Positions 30,983 to 40,353 of a stretch of DNA of 43,960 nucleotides are shown here, in pieces. Where the stretch lies: NCBI GenBank assembly GCA_031372565.1, contig JANMLN010000021.1:1-43960 (forward strand), written 5' to 3'. This stretch comes from Gemmatimonadota bacterium (GTDB taxonomy: Bacteria; Gemmatimonadota; Gemmatimonadetes; Gemmatimonadales; Gemmatimonadaceae). The notes under the pieces are model-generated. The model did not search any database. It was not told where the DNA came from and saw only the letters and a list, made by a program, of their open reading frames with translations. The position numbers were made by a program, and so were the translations under genes. Positions within the stretch are counted from its first letter, which is position 1. Every line of letters starts with the position of its first letter.

Positions 30983-31720
30983 CTACTGGATGAGGTAGAT
31001 GAGCGTGAAGATCGCGATCCATACGACGTCGACGAAGTGCCAGTACAGCGCGGCAATGTCCACGTTCAGGGCATCCGCGGGCCTGAGTCCGCGCTTGTAG
31101 TCGATCCCGAGCAGCGCCAGCAGCCAGAGCACGCCCACGGTCACGTGAGCACCGTGGAACCCGGTCAGCGTGAAGAAGCTCGACCCGAACAGGTTGGTCT
31201 TGATCGTCAGCCCTTCGTGCACGAACGAGGTGAACTCGTAGGCCTGGAACCCGAGGAAGCCGACACCGAGAATGACGGTCGCCCAGAGCCAGAGCTTGGA
31301 CGAGCGCAGGATCCGGTCGCCGAAGGCCGTGGGCATCGGCTTGTCGGCATTCTCCACGGCCGCCAGCGCGAGCACCATCGCGAGCGATGACATGAGCAGC
31401 ACGAAGGTCGAGGCCGACGTCACCGGAATGTTCAGGATCGGCTTGAAGACCTCCGCCGGGGCGCAAGCGCCGAGCTCGGCGGCGGTCTTGCCGATCGTGT
31501 TCGTGGCGCGGCACCAGAACTCGTGCGGGTAGGGCCCGACGAGCGAGCGGCCCTTGTAGACGAGGTAGGTGGAGATGAGCGATGCGAAGAGCATGCACTC
31601 CGAGCCGATGAAGGCCCAGACCGCGATCTTGCGATGGTTCAGCCCGGTCGACGTCGGCGGATGCGAAAAATGCTCGGCGTGCGCGTCGTGATGCGGGTCG
31701 GGAATAACGGCAGAAGCCAC
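30983..31720 (-). CDS. ctaE: Cytochrome c oxidase subunit III
   Basis: WAFIGSECMLFASL, TFVLLMSS, FFTLTGFHGAHV and LYWHFVDVVW. GTG start inferred. Confidence 0.93.
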   Translation of the reverse strand: MASAVIPDPHHDAHAEHFSHPPTSTGLNHRKIAVWAFIGSECMLFASLISTYLVYKGRSLVGPYPHEFWCRATNTIGKTAAELGACAPAEVFKPILNIPVTSASTFVLLMSSLAMVLALAAVENADKPMPTAFGDRILRSSKLWLWATVILGVGFLGFQAYEFTSFVHEGLTIKTNLFGSSFFTLTGFHGAHVTVGVLWLLALLGIDYKRGLRPADALNVDIAALYWHFVDVVWIAIFTLIYLIQ

Positions 31721-31751
31721 GGGAACTCCGGTGGGGTCCGAAGGGGAAGCG

Positions 31752-33620
31752 CTACTCGAGCGCGCTGGTGAGCCAGCTGACCAGCGTGAACGCGAGGCCA
31801 AGGAAGGAGCCGATGCCGATCGTCATGGCCAGCGGGAGGTTCCCCGCGTGGATGAAGAGCGTGCTGCACAGCATGGTGCTCAGGAGCAGTGCGGCGATGA
31901 GCGGCTTGATCGTGGGGAAGGGCATCGGGATGCCCAGCTCCTTGGCCGTCTTGTGGCGGCCGCCGACCGTGGTCGCCGAGACCAACGCGACCAGATCGTC
32001 CGCCTTCTGGTCCCACAGCGGGTAGCGCGAGGTGATGGTCGGGATGCGCGCGAAGTTGTAGTCCGGCACGGGGGACGGCAGCGCCCACTCGAGCGACGGA
32101 GCGCCCCACGGGTTGTTGCCGGCAATCGCGCCCTTCTTCCAGCTCGTGATGAAGTTGTAGAGGAAGATCAGCATGCCGACCGCCTGCAGGAACGCGCCGG
32201 CGGTGGACATCGCGTTGAACGTGTCCCACCCCTGGCTTGCATCGTAGGTGTAGATGCGGCGCGGCATGCCGTAGAGCCCCGCAAAGTGCATCGGGAAGAA
32301 GGTCAGGTTCATCGCGATGAAGAAGACCCCGAAGTGCCACTTGCCGAGGGTCTCGCTCAACATGCGGCCGGTCATCTTGGGGAAGTAGTAGTACACCCCC
32401 GACATGATGCCGAACACGGCGCCGCCGAAGAGCACGTAGTGGAAGTGCGCCACGACGAAGTACGAGTCGGTCTGCTGCAGGTCGGCCGGGGACGACGAGT
32501 GCATGATCCCCGAGATGCCGCCCACGGTGAACATGGCCACGAGCGCGATGCCGAACATCATCGACGTCGTGAACCGGATGTTGCCTCCCCACATCGTCGA
32601 GACCCAGTTGAGGATCTTCACGCCGGTCGGGATGGCGATGAGCATCGTGGTGAGCGAGAAGACCGAGTCGGCCACCGGTCCCATGCCGACCGAGAACATG
32701 TGGTGGGCCCACACGCCGAAGCCGAGGAAGCCGATGAGCATGCCCGAGTAGACCATGACCGGGTAGCCGAAGAGCGGCTTCCGCGAGAAGGTCGGGAGGA
32801 CTTCACTCACCAGGCCGAACGCGGGCAGGATGAGGATGTAGACCTCGGGGTGCCCGAAGATCCAGAACAGGTGCTGCCAGAGGAGCGGGTCGGCGCCGGC
32901 CGCGATCGTGTAGAAGTTGGTGCCGAAGAAGCGGTCGAACATCAGGAAGACGAGCGCCACCGTGATCGCCGGGAAGGCGAGGATCACGAGGAACTGCACC
33001 ACGAACGACATCCAGGTGAAGATCGGCATGCGCATGAGGTGCATGCCGGGGGCGCGCATGTTGATGATCGTCGTGATGAAGTTGAACGCGGCCGCCAGCG
33101 ACGCGACGCCCAGGATCTGCAGCCCGAGCACCCAGTAGTCGATGTTGTAGCCGTTCGCGTACGCCTTGGTGGTGAGCGGCGCATAGCCGAACCAGCCCCC
33201 GTTGGGCGCCAGGCCGAACAGGATCGGCAGCGTGATGACGATGCCGCCGAACAGGAAGACCCAGTAGCTGAACGCGTTCAGGCGCGGGAAGGCGACGTCG
33301 CGCGCGCCGATCTGCAGCGGGATCAGGAAGTTGAAGAACGCGGACGACAGCGGCATGATGACGAGGAAGACCATCGTCGTCCCGTGCATCGTGAAGAGCT
33401 GGTTGTACTGGTCCGCGCTCACGATCTTCATGTTGGGGCCCATCAGCTGCGCGCGGATGACGAGCGCTTCGAGTCCTCCCCAGCAGAAGAAGAACACCGC
33501 GGTGACGAGATACAGGATGCCGATCCGCTTGTGATCGACGGTCGTCAGCCAGCTCCAGATGCCGCTGGGGGACGAGGTCTCGGCGGTCGTGACCGAGATC
33601 GGGGCTGCCATGGTGGCCAT
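31752..33620 (-). CDS. ctaD: Cytochrome c oxidase subunit I (A1 type)
   Basis: TVDHKRIG, TMHGT, FGHPEVY, VWAHHMF, VAHFHYV and GMPRR. Confidence 0.97.
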   Translation of the reverse strand: MATMAAPISVTTAETSSPSGIWSWLTTVDHKRIGILYLVTAVFFFCWGGLEALVIRAQLMGPNMKIVSADQYNQLFTMHGTTMVFLVIMPLSSAFFNFLIPLQIGARDVAFPRLNAFSYWVFLFGGIVITLPILFGLAPNGGWFGYAPLTTKAYANGYNIDYWVLGLQILGVASLAAAFNFITTIINMRAPGMHLMRMPIFTWMSFVVQFLVILAFPAITVALVFLMFDRFFGTNFYTIAAGADPLLWQHLFWIFGHPEVYILILPAFGLVSEVLPTFSRKPLFGYPVMVYSGMLIGFLGFGVWAHHMFSVGMGPVADSVFSLTTMLIAIPTGVKILNWVSTMWGGNIRFTTSMMFGIALVAMFTVGGISGIMHSSSPADLQQTDSYFVVAHFHYVLFGGAVFGIMSGVYYYFPKMTGRMLSETLGKWHFGVFFIAMNLTFFPMHFAGLYGMPRRIYTYDASQGWDTFNAMSTAGAFLQAVGMLIFLYNFITSWKKGAIAGNNPWGAPSLEWALPSPVPDYNFARIPTITSRYPLWDQKADDLVALVSATTVGGRHKTAKELGIPMPFPTIKPLIAALLLSTMLCSTLFIHAGNLPLAMTIGIGSFLGLAFTLVSWLTSALE

Positions 33621-33645
33621 GTGATTGCTCTCGGAGTCGCGGCGG

Positions 33646-34941
33646 TTACTTGAGCGCGCGCAGGTACGCCACGATATCGGCGATCTGCGCGTCGGTCAGG
33701 CCACCGGCGGTGACCTTCATCTTCATGATCGGATCCCACTGGTTGAGGCCCAGGGTCGGCATGAGCGACCCCGGCTTCATGTCGCGGGCATTCTTGAGCC
33801 ACGCCGCGAGGTGCTTCGCGTCGTTCGGGTAGAGCCCGCCCGCCAGCGTGTGGCGCGTGGCCACATGCGTCAGGTTGGGCCCGATGATCCCCATCGACAT
33901 CGGGTTGCCGCTGATCGCGTGGCAGCCGATGCAGGTCGAGCGCGAGTAGATGGCCTTGCCGCTGTCCGCGTTGCCCTTGGCCAGCGTGGCGTCGTCGATC
34001 AGCAGTGCTCCGTTGACTGGCGTCCGCGGAATCACGTGCGGCGGCAGCTTCTCGGCCGGGAAGTAGTACCCCGCGGCGACCGGCGCGCTCACGGGCGTCG
34101 TGTCCGCCAGCGCGAGGACGCCCGACGCCATCCCCTTCTTGGCCGGCGCCTTGCCGGGCGCGACCGGCAGGGCGGGGGCCGCGGGCGGCTCCGGCGGTGC
34201 CACGCCGAAGACCGCGACCTGCTTCTGGTGCGCGGCCCACGACTCGAAGTCGGCGACCGGGACCACGTAGGTGCGGAACTTCATGTTCGCGTGACTGTCG
34301 CCGCAGTACTCGGCGCACGTCCCGTTGACGGCCGTCGCGGGCAGGTCCGCGTTGGGGGTGAACCAGAGGTAGTTGGTGCGATTCGAGATCAGGTCGCGCT
34401 TGCCGCCCATGTTCGGAATCCAGAACGAGTGCAGCACGTCCTTGGTCTTGAGGGCGAAGTTGGCCGTGCGCCCGGCGGGAAGGTACAGCTCGTTGGCCGT
34501 CACCACGCCGTACTGCGGATAGCGGAACTCCCACCACCACTGATGCCCGATCACTTCGACTTCGATCGCACCCGCCGGCGCCTTGGCCTGCGTCTTGAAG
34601 ATCGTGCGGATCGTCGGGATCGCGATGAACACGAGGATGATCGCGGGAACAACAGTCCACAGGATCTCGAGCGTCGTGTTGCCGTGCACCTGCTTCGGCT
34701 CCGGCGCACCGGGGCGCGCGCGGAAGCGGATGATCGTGTAGATCAGGATCGCTTCGACGATGACGAAGACGACCGTGCCCCAGAAGAGGAGGCGGTTCCA
34801 GAGGAAGTCGATGTCCGAGGCGAAGTCCGACCAGTGCAGGAAGGTCGAGTTCGGATGGTCGCCGCCGCAGGCCGCGAGCGCCACAGCGAGAATCGCCAAG
34901 AGAGCACCCGTGCGAACGCGACGGGGTGAAAACCGGGTCAT
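33646..34941 (-). CDS. ctaC: Cytochrome c oxidase subunit II with fused cytochrome c (lipoprotein)
   Basis: LAAC lipobox, LEILWT, GHQWWWEFRY, DVLHSFW, CuA motif CAEYCGDSHANM and heme c motif CIGCH...MP. Confidence 0.95.
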   Translation of the reverse strand: MTRFSPRRVRTGALLAILAVALAACGGDHPNSTFLHWSDFASDIDFLWNRLLFWGTVVFVIVEAILIYTIIRFRARPGAPEPKQVHGNTTLEILWTVVPAIILVFIAIPTIRTIFKTQAKAPAGAIEVEVIGHQWWWEFRYPQYGVVTANELYLPAGRTANFALKTKDVLHSFWIPNMGGKRDLISNRTNYLWFTPNADLPATAVNGTCAEYCGDSHANMKFRTYVVPVADFESWAAHQKQVAVFGVAPPEPPAAPALPVAPGKAPAKKGMASGVLALADTTPVSAPVAAGYYFPAEKLPPHVIPRTPVNGALLIDDATLAKGNADSGKAIYSRSTCIGCHAISGNPMSMGIIGPNLTHVATRHTLAGGLYPNDAKHLAAWLKNARDMKPGSLMPTLGLNQWDPIMKMKVTAGGLTDAQIADIVAYLRALK

Positions 34942-35049
34942 GTCGGTATCTCGAAAACGGCGGAAAGGGCGCGAGTCGCCGATCGGCGCACGCACTTCTG
35001 ACGTGTCGGAAAACCTACCCATTGGGGCAGGTGCAAACAACAGCCTCGT

Positions 35050-35066
35050 TTGGACTGCAAGTCCAA
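35050..35066. promoter_or_regulatory. 7-3-7 palindrome upstream of the oxidase operon (candidate operator)
   Basis: TTGGACT-GCA-AGTCCAA, about 110 nt upstream of the ctaC start. Confidence 0.4.
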
Positions 35067-35135
35067 GCGGGGTAAACTCTTGCGTACACACGTTGGTTCC
35101 CCGACAGGACGCCCGAGCTCCATCCAAGTATCGGA

Positions 35136-35531
35136 CTACGCGTCGGCGCTCGCCGCACCCGGCTTCTCGTCGTGCTTGGCGTGCTTCTCTTTGGTATGGT
35201 TGATCGCGATTTCGAGCTGCACCTTGAGCTGGGCGACCGCTTCGCGCATGGCGCGGAGGCGAATGACGTCCCCGCCGCCCGGACGCGAGAGCGTCAGGAT
35301 CGAGGTGGCCACGAGATCGGAGATCATGCCGAACTGCCCCTTCAATTTACCGACCAACGGCGTGGCGATCCGCTTGTAGGCAGACACGAAGGTCGCCGTG
35401 TTCTTGGCGTTCCCCTTGACCGCGACGCCGAACCGCTCCGCCTGCGCATTGAGCGCCTGGGCGGCGGTCATGGCTTCGTCGAGGGTAGCCATCTTGACCT
35501 GTCCCGCACCATCGAGCTTGAGTCCTGCCAT
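35136..35531 (-). CDS. Hypothetical helical protein (131 aa)
   Basis: ATG 18 nt downstream of the aspA stop, GC-rich third codon positions and protein-like composition. Confidence 0.75.
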   Translation of the reverse strand: MAGLKLDGAGQVKMATLDEAMTAAQALNAQAERFGVAVKGNAKNTATFVSAYKRIATPLVGKLKGQFGMISDLVATSILTLSRPGGGDVIRLRAMREAVAQLKVQLEIAINHTKEKHAKHDEKPGAASADA

Positions 35532-35549
35532 GGGTGGATCTCCGGTGGT

Positions 35550-37448
35550 CTAGCGCGTACCGGCCATGCGCGCCGGGTCGAGCAGCTCGGCCAGCGTTTC
35601 GCGGGTCAGGAGCTTTCGTTCCAAGACGAGTTCGAAGACGCCGCGACCGCTCGCGAGCGCGTCGCGGGCGATCTCGGTGGCGGTCTCGTAGCCTAGCGCA
35701 GGGACGAGGGCGGTGACGATGCCGATCGAGTGCTCGACGAAATACCGGAGCCGGTCCGGATTGGCCGTGATCCCCACCACGCAGCGCTCGCGGAGCACGA
35801 TGCAGGCGTTCCGCAGCGACTCCATGCCGCGCAGCAGCCGGAACGCGATGATCGGCTCGAACACGTTGAGCTGGAGCTGACCCCCTTCGGCGGCCATCGT
35901 CACGGTGACATCGCCCCCGATGATGTCGTAACAGACCTGATTGACGACCTCGGGGATGACCGGGTTCACCTTTCCCGGCATGATGCTCGATCCGGGCTGC
36001 TGTGGGGGCAAGTTGATTTCGCCGAACCCGGTGCGTGGACCGCTCGAGAGCAGCCGCAGGTCGTTGCAGGTCTTGGACAGCTTGACGGCGCAGCGCTTGA
36101 GCACCCCCGAGAGCTGCACCAGCCCACCCACGTCGGCCGTGGCCTCCACGAGGTCCGGCGCGGTCACGAGGTCGATGCCGGTGATGCGCGCCAAGTGCCG
36201 GCGCACGGTCTCGACGTAGCCGCTCGGCGTGTTGATCCCCGTGCCGACGGCGGTCGCCCCCATGTTGATCTCGCGCAGCAGGAGCTGCGCCTCCGTGAGG
36301 CGATCGATGTCCTCGATCATCGTCACACCAAAGGCCGCGAACTCCTGCCCCAGGGTCATCGGCACCGCGTCCTGCAGCTGGGTGCGCCCCATCTTGACCA
36401 AGGGCGCAAACTCCTTGCCCTTCTCGAGGAAGGCGTCGGCGAGCGGCCGCATCGCGTCCTTGAGCCGGTCAACGGCGGCGGCGAGCGCGAGGCGCACCGC
36501 CGTTGGATACACGTCGTTGGTTGACTGGCTCAGGTTGACGTGCGAATTGGGAGAAAGCCACGCATAGTCCCCGCGCGGCTTGCCGGCGAGTTCGAGGCTC
36601 CGGTTCGCGATGACCTCGTTCGCGTTCATGTTGGTGCTCGTGCCGGCGCCGCCCTGGATCATGTCCACCAGGAAGTGCTCATGGTGCCGTCCGTGCACGA
36701 CCTCCCGTGAGGCGCGCACGATCAGCTCCTTGCGCTCGGCATCGAGCAGCCCGAGTTCGCCGTTCGCCTCGGCCGCCGCTTCCTTCACCTGCGCGAGCGC
36801 CACGATGAGCGAGGGGAACTCGCGCAGCGTGACCCCGGAAATCGGGAAATTCTCGGTCGCGCGCAGCGTCTGGATGCCGTACAGCGCGTCCTTCGGCACC
36901 TGGCGGTCGCCGAGCAGGTCGTGTTCGGTACGCATGCGTCCACCGCCAAAGCCCAGCGCGCGACCGCGGCCCACCATGGTCGCGTCCACTTGCGAGAGGC
37001 GCCGCGAGATCGTGCGTGCGGCACGCCCGATCAGGGCGGCATAGATGGCCGGGGCCTCCTTGAGCAGCGCCGCGAGTGCGGACTTGTCGTAGACAAAGGC
37101 CGTGACGGGCTCGATGCAGCGTGCGGTGGTGCCGTGCAGCTCGTCATCGAGCAGCAGCCCCTCGCCGACGGCATCGCCGCCCGAGAGCGTCGTCATCCGC
37201 ATGGTGATGCCATCGTGTCCCTTTTCGATGGCCATCGCCCCGTCGACGAGGATCGCCATGCGCTGGCGGGGTTCGCCCTCCTGGAACAGGGTCTCGTCCA
37301 CCGCGAACTCGGTCAGCGTGCCGGCGCGGGAGAGGTGCCACAGGTGCTGGTCCGGCAGCCCTTCAACGAAGGCGCAGCCGCGGAGGAGATTGGTCTGGGA
37401 GGTCTGTCGCATGGCCTTGAAGGTAGGGCGCGCAGGCGCGTCGGCCAA
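35550..37448 (-). CDS. aspA: Aspartate ammonia-lyase with N-terminal cyclic-nucleotide-binding domain
   Basis: RTEHDLLG, YGIQTLRA, QGGAGTSTNMNANEV, KMGRTQLQDAVP and GSSIMPGKVNPVIPE. The N-terminal ~170 aa carry LFQEGE...VGE...TTARC. Start is TTG 37448 or ATG 37412. Confidence 0.93.
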   Translation of the reverse strand: MADAPARPTFKAMRQTSQTNLLRGCAFVEGLPDQHLWHLSRAGTLTEFAVDETLFQEGEPRQRMAILVDGAMAIEKGHDGITMRMTTLSGGDAVGEGLLLDDELHGTTARCIEPVTAFVYDKSALAALLKEAPAIYAALIGRAARTISRRLSQVDATMVGRGRALGFGGGRMRTEHDLLGDRQVPKDALYGIQTLRATENFPISGVTLREFPSLIVALAQVKEAAAEANGELGLLDAERKELIVRASREVVHGRHHEHFLVDMIQGGAGTSTNMNANEVIANRSLELAGKPRGDYAWLSPNSHVNLSQSTNDVYPTAVRLALAAAVDRLKDAMRPLADAFLEKGKEFAPLVKMGRTQLQDAVPMTLGQEFAAFGVTMIEDIDRLTEAQLLLREINMGATAVGTGINTPSGYVETVRRHLARITGIDLVTAPDLVEATADVGGLVQLSGVLKRCAVKLSKTCNDLRLLSSGPRTGFGEINLPPQQPGSSIMPGKVNPVIPEVVNQVCYDIIGGDVTVTMAAEGGQLQLNVFEPIIAFRLLRGMESLRNACIVLRERCVVGITANPDRLRYFVEHSIGIVTALVPALGYETATEIARDALASGRGVFELVLERKLLTRETLAELLDPARMAGTR

Positions 37449-37537
37449 CCGTGGGCCCGGTCGTGTCCCCCCTCACACCGGAGGGAGGCGTGCGGTAGTT
37501 TGCGCCCCTGACATCCCGCACCTGACACAGGAGTCCC

Positions 37538-38605
37538 GTGAGCACGTCGCGTCGCGAGTTTCTCGGAGTGGGGGCGGCCGCGGCCGCTGGCATGCTGGCC
37601 GGTCGGCCAGGAGAGCTCCCGGCAGCGCTCGTCTCGCCGGACGAGGTCGCCGTGGCCCGTGCCGGCCGGCCTGCGATCGTATCGAGCGCGAACGGAATTC
37701 GCGGCGTGGCGCGCGCGCACACGCTGTTGCAGCAGGGGCTGGATCCGCTCGACGCGATCATTGCCGGCGTGAACATCCAGGAACTGGACCCCGAGGACGA
37801 TTCGGTCGGGCTGGGCGGCCTGCCGAACGAAGAGGGGATCGTCCAGCTCGACGCGAGCGTCATGCACGGGCCCACGAAGCGGGCCGGGTCGGTGAGCTCG
37901 CTCGAGGAGATCGCGACGCCGAGCCTCGTGGCCAAGGCGGTGATGGACTACACCGACCACATCATGCTGGTGGGCGAGGGGGCCAGGAAGTTCGCCCTGC
38001 GCATGGGGTTCAAGCCGCAGAACCTGCTCACGGAGAAGAGTCGGCAGAACTGGCTGCGCTGGCGCGCGAACCTCAATCCGGACGATTTCTGGCTCGACCA
38101 CAGCGACGATGTGAAGATCCGGTTCACGTCCGGGACGATCAACATGAATGCCGTCACCGCGAGCGGTGACATCGCCAGTTGCACGACCACGAGCGGCTAT
38201 TCGTTCAAGCTGCCGGGACGGATCGGTGACTCGCCGATCATCGGGGCCGGGCAGTACTGCGACAACGGCGTGGGCGCGGCCGGGGCAACAGGCCGTGGCG
38301 AGGCGTGCATCAAGGTGTGCGGTGCCTTCAGCGTGGTGGAGCAGATGCGCAGCGGACTCGGGCCCCAGGAGGCCTGCCTCAAGGTGCTCGAGCGCGTCGT
38401 GGCCATGACCGAGAAGCGGCTGCTCGACGACAAGGGCAGGCCCAGGTTCGGGCTGCAGTTCTACGCGGTGGCCAAGGATGGGCGCACCGGGGCCGCGTCG
38501 CTGTACGAGGGCGCCCAGTACGCCGTGGCGGACGATCAGGGCGCACGGCTCGAGAAGTGCGCCTTCCTGTACGGACGCGCGCAGATGCCTCGTGGCTCCT
38601 GGTAG
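37538..38605 (+). CDS. N4-(beta-N-acetylglucosaminyl)-L-asparaginase / isoaspartyl peptidase family (Ntn hydrolase), Tat-exported
   Basis: SRREFLG Tat motif, SVGLGGLPN, QLDASVM, GTIN autocleavage site, TTTSG...KLPGRIGDSPIIGAG and ATGRGE. Confidence 0.9.
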   Translation: MSTSRREFLGVGAAAAAGMLAGRPGELPAALVSPDEVAVARAGRPAIVSSANGIRGVARAHTLLQQGLDPLDAIIAGVNIQELDPEDDSVGLGGLPNEEGIVQLDASVMHGPTKRAGSVSSLEEIATPSLVAKAVMDYTDHIMLVGEGARKFALRMGFKPQNLLTEKSRQNWLRWRANLNPDDFWLDHSDDVKIRFTSGTINMNAVTASGDIASCTTTSGYSFKLPGRIGDSPIIGAGQYCDNGVGAAGATGRGEACIKVCGAFSVVEQMRSGLGPQEACLKVLERVVAMTEKRLLDDKGRPRFGLQFYAVAKDGRTGAASLYEGAQYAVADDQGARLEKCAFLYGRAQMPRGSW

Positions 38606-38624
38606 CGACGCGGGGGGCGCCGGG

Positions 38625-39701
38625 CTGAGGAGCGTCCGGGCGACGCGGGAGGATTTCCGCCTGCTGCGGAGGCGACTGGCGCTGCCGGTCGCGCTGTTCT
38701 TCGGCGTCGCACTGGTGGGCGTGCTGGGCTACATGGCCATCGGTGGCGCGCAGGTGACGCTGCTCGACGCCATCTACATGACCGCGAACGTGATCACCAC
38801 CGCGGGGTTCCGCGAGTCGGTGGACATGACGTCCGGGTCGGCGGGACGCATCTTCACCATTGCCCTGTTGCTGATCGGCGCGGGCGTGGGGGCGTATGCG
38901 ATCTCGACCTTCACGGCGTTCATTGTCGAAGGGGACCTGACCGAGGAATTCCGGAGACGTCGCATGAATCGAACGGTGGATGCGCTGCACGATCACTACA
39001 TCGTGTGTGGTGTGGGCCAGGCGGGGCTCGCCGTGGTGCAGGAGCTGGTCACGACCCAGCGCACGATCGTGATCGTCGAGGCCGACGAGCACAACGCGGA
39101 GCGCATCGAGGGGCTCTATCCCGACGTGCCGCTCATCCGCGGTGATTACACCGATGACGACGTGCTGCTGCGTGCGGGCGTGACCCGTGCGGCCGGGATC
39201 GTGCTCTGCGTCGACTCGGACAAGGACTCGCTCGTGGGCACCGTGACGGCGCGCCAGCTCAATCCCACGATCCGCATCATCGCACGCGCGACCGACGAGC
39301 GCGCGATCGCGCGCCTCCGCTCTGCGGGCGCCGACGGAGTGGTGAGCCCGGGCCTGATCGGCGGCATGCGACTGGCGAGCGAGCTGGTGCGACCGAGCGT
39401 GGTGAGTTTCCTCGACAAGATGCTGCGCGCGCGCGATGGCGCGATCCGCATCGAGGAGGTGGCCGTCCCCGAGGGATCACCGCTCGCCGGACACACGGTG
39501 CGCGAGCTCGACACGCGGCAGTACCAGAACCTGCTCGTGCTGGGGGTGCAGCTGTCCGACGGCGAGATCCTGTATCACCCGCCGCAGGATTATCGGGTGG
39601 AGGTGGGGTGCCGACTGATCGTGATGGCGGAGGCGGCGGGCGTACAGCACTTCCAGCGGGCGTTCACGCCACACCGACCGAGCGGCGCGATTCCGGGGTA
39701 G
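38625..39701 (+). CDS. Two-TM ion channel with RCK (TrkA-N/TrkA-C) domains, potassium channel family; start uncertain
   Basis: DAIYMTANVITTAGFRE pore region, GRIFTI, HYIVCGVGQAG Rossmann-like motif, GADGVVSP and a TrkA-C tail. No ATG/GTG lies between the upstream stop and TM1, so CTG 38625 is assumed. Confidence 0.85.
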   Translation: MRSVRATREDFRLLRRRLALPVALFFGVALVGVLGYMAIGGAQVTLLDAIYMTANVITTAGFRESVDMTSGSAGRIFTIALLLIGAGVGAYAISTFTAFIVEGDLTEEFRRRRMNRTVDALHDHYIVCGVGQAGLAVVQELVTTQRTIVIVEADEHNAERIEGLYPDVPLIRGDYTDDDVLLRAGVTRAAGIVLCVDSDKDSLVGTVTARQLNPTIRIIARATDERAIARLRSAGADGVVSPGLIGGMRLASELVRPSVVSFLDKMLRARDGAIRIEEVAVPEGSPLAGHTVRELDTRQYQNLLVLGVQLSDGEILYHPPQDYRVEVGCRLIVMAEAAGVQHFQRAFTPHRPSGAIPG

Positions 39702-40349
39702 TCAGCTCGCACGCGCCAGCCGCACGTCGTCGCCAACCACGATCTGCCCCTCGCGCGCCACCGCCGCATTGAGCGCGAGCCGCCCTCCGAACCGTCGCCC
39801 GATGTCCTTCAGCACGGCGGGATCGCGCGTGATCGTGTCCGGATCCACCGTCGTCATCGGGCATCGCCCGCGCAACGAGTCGAGCGCGATGAGGGCGCGT
39901 CCGATCGTGAGCGTCGCCCCCTCCCACAGGGTCTCGTCCATGCCCGCCACGCCGTTGATGAGCAGGTTCGGTCGCAGCCGACGGATATCGCGGCCGAAGC
40001 GCGCCACGGCGCCGTCGGTGGCCACGAGCAGCGGCAGGATGTCGAACTGATGGCCAGCGGGGGCGCGCTCGAGCCACGCGTCCTCGCCCGCCGCTTCGCG
40101 TACCAGCGCCGCCGCGTCGGCGGACTCCCAGGGGTGTCCGTTCACCAGCGCATCGCCGTCAGGCGACAGGGTGCCGCGCAGCCCGAGCAGCTTGTACTGC
40201 CGTCGGGCTGTGCGGACCCCCTCCGGACCGCGGACCCACACGAGGCGGTCACCGGGGACGCCCAACTCGGTGAGCTCCGCATGCGTCACGGCTTCGCCGG
40301 CCATCGACTTGACCGGGTAGCGCCAGAGTCCACCGAGCGTGAGTGCCAT
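39702..40349 (-). CDS. MOSC-domain protein
   Basis: LWRYPVKSMAGE, GDR, RRLRPNL, RCPMTTVDP and GQIVVGD. Confidence 0.92.
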   Translation of the reverse strand: MALTLGGLWRYPVKSMAGEAVTHAELTELGVPGDRLVWVRGPEGVRTARRQYKLLGLRGTLSPDGDALVNGHPWESADAAALVREAAGEDAWLERAPAGHQFDILPLLVATDGAVARFGRDIRRLRPNLLINGVAGMDETLWEGATLTIGRALIALDSLRGRCPMTTVDPDTITRDPAVLKDIGRRFGGRLALNAAVAREGQIVVGDDVRLARAS

Positions 40350-40353
40350 GACG

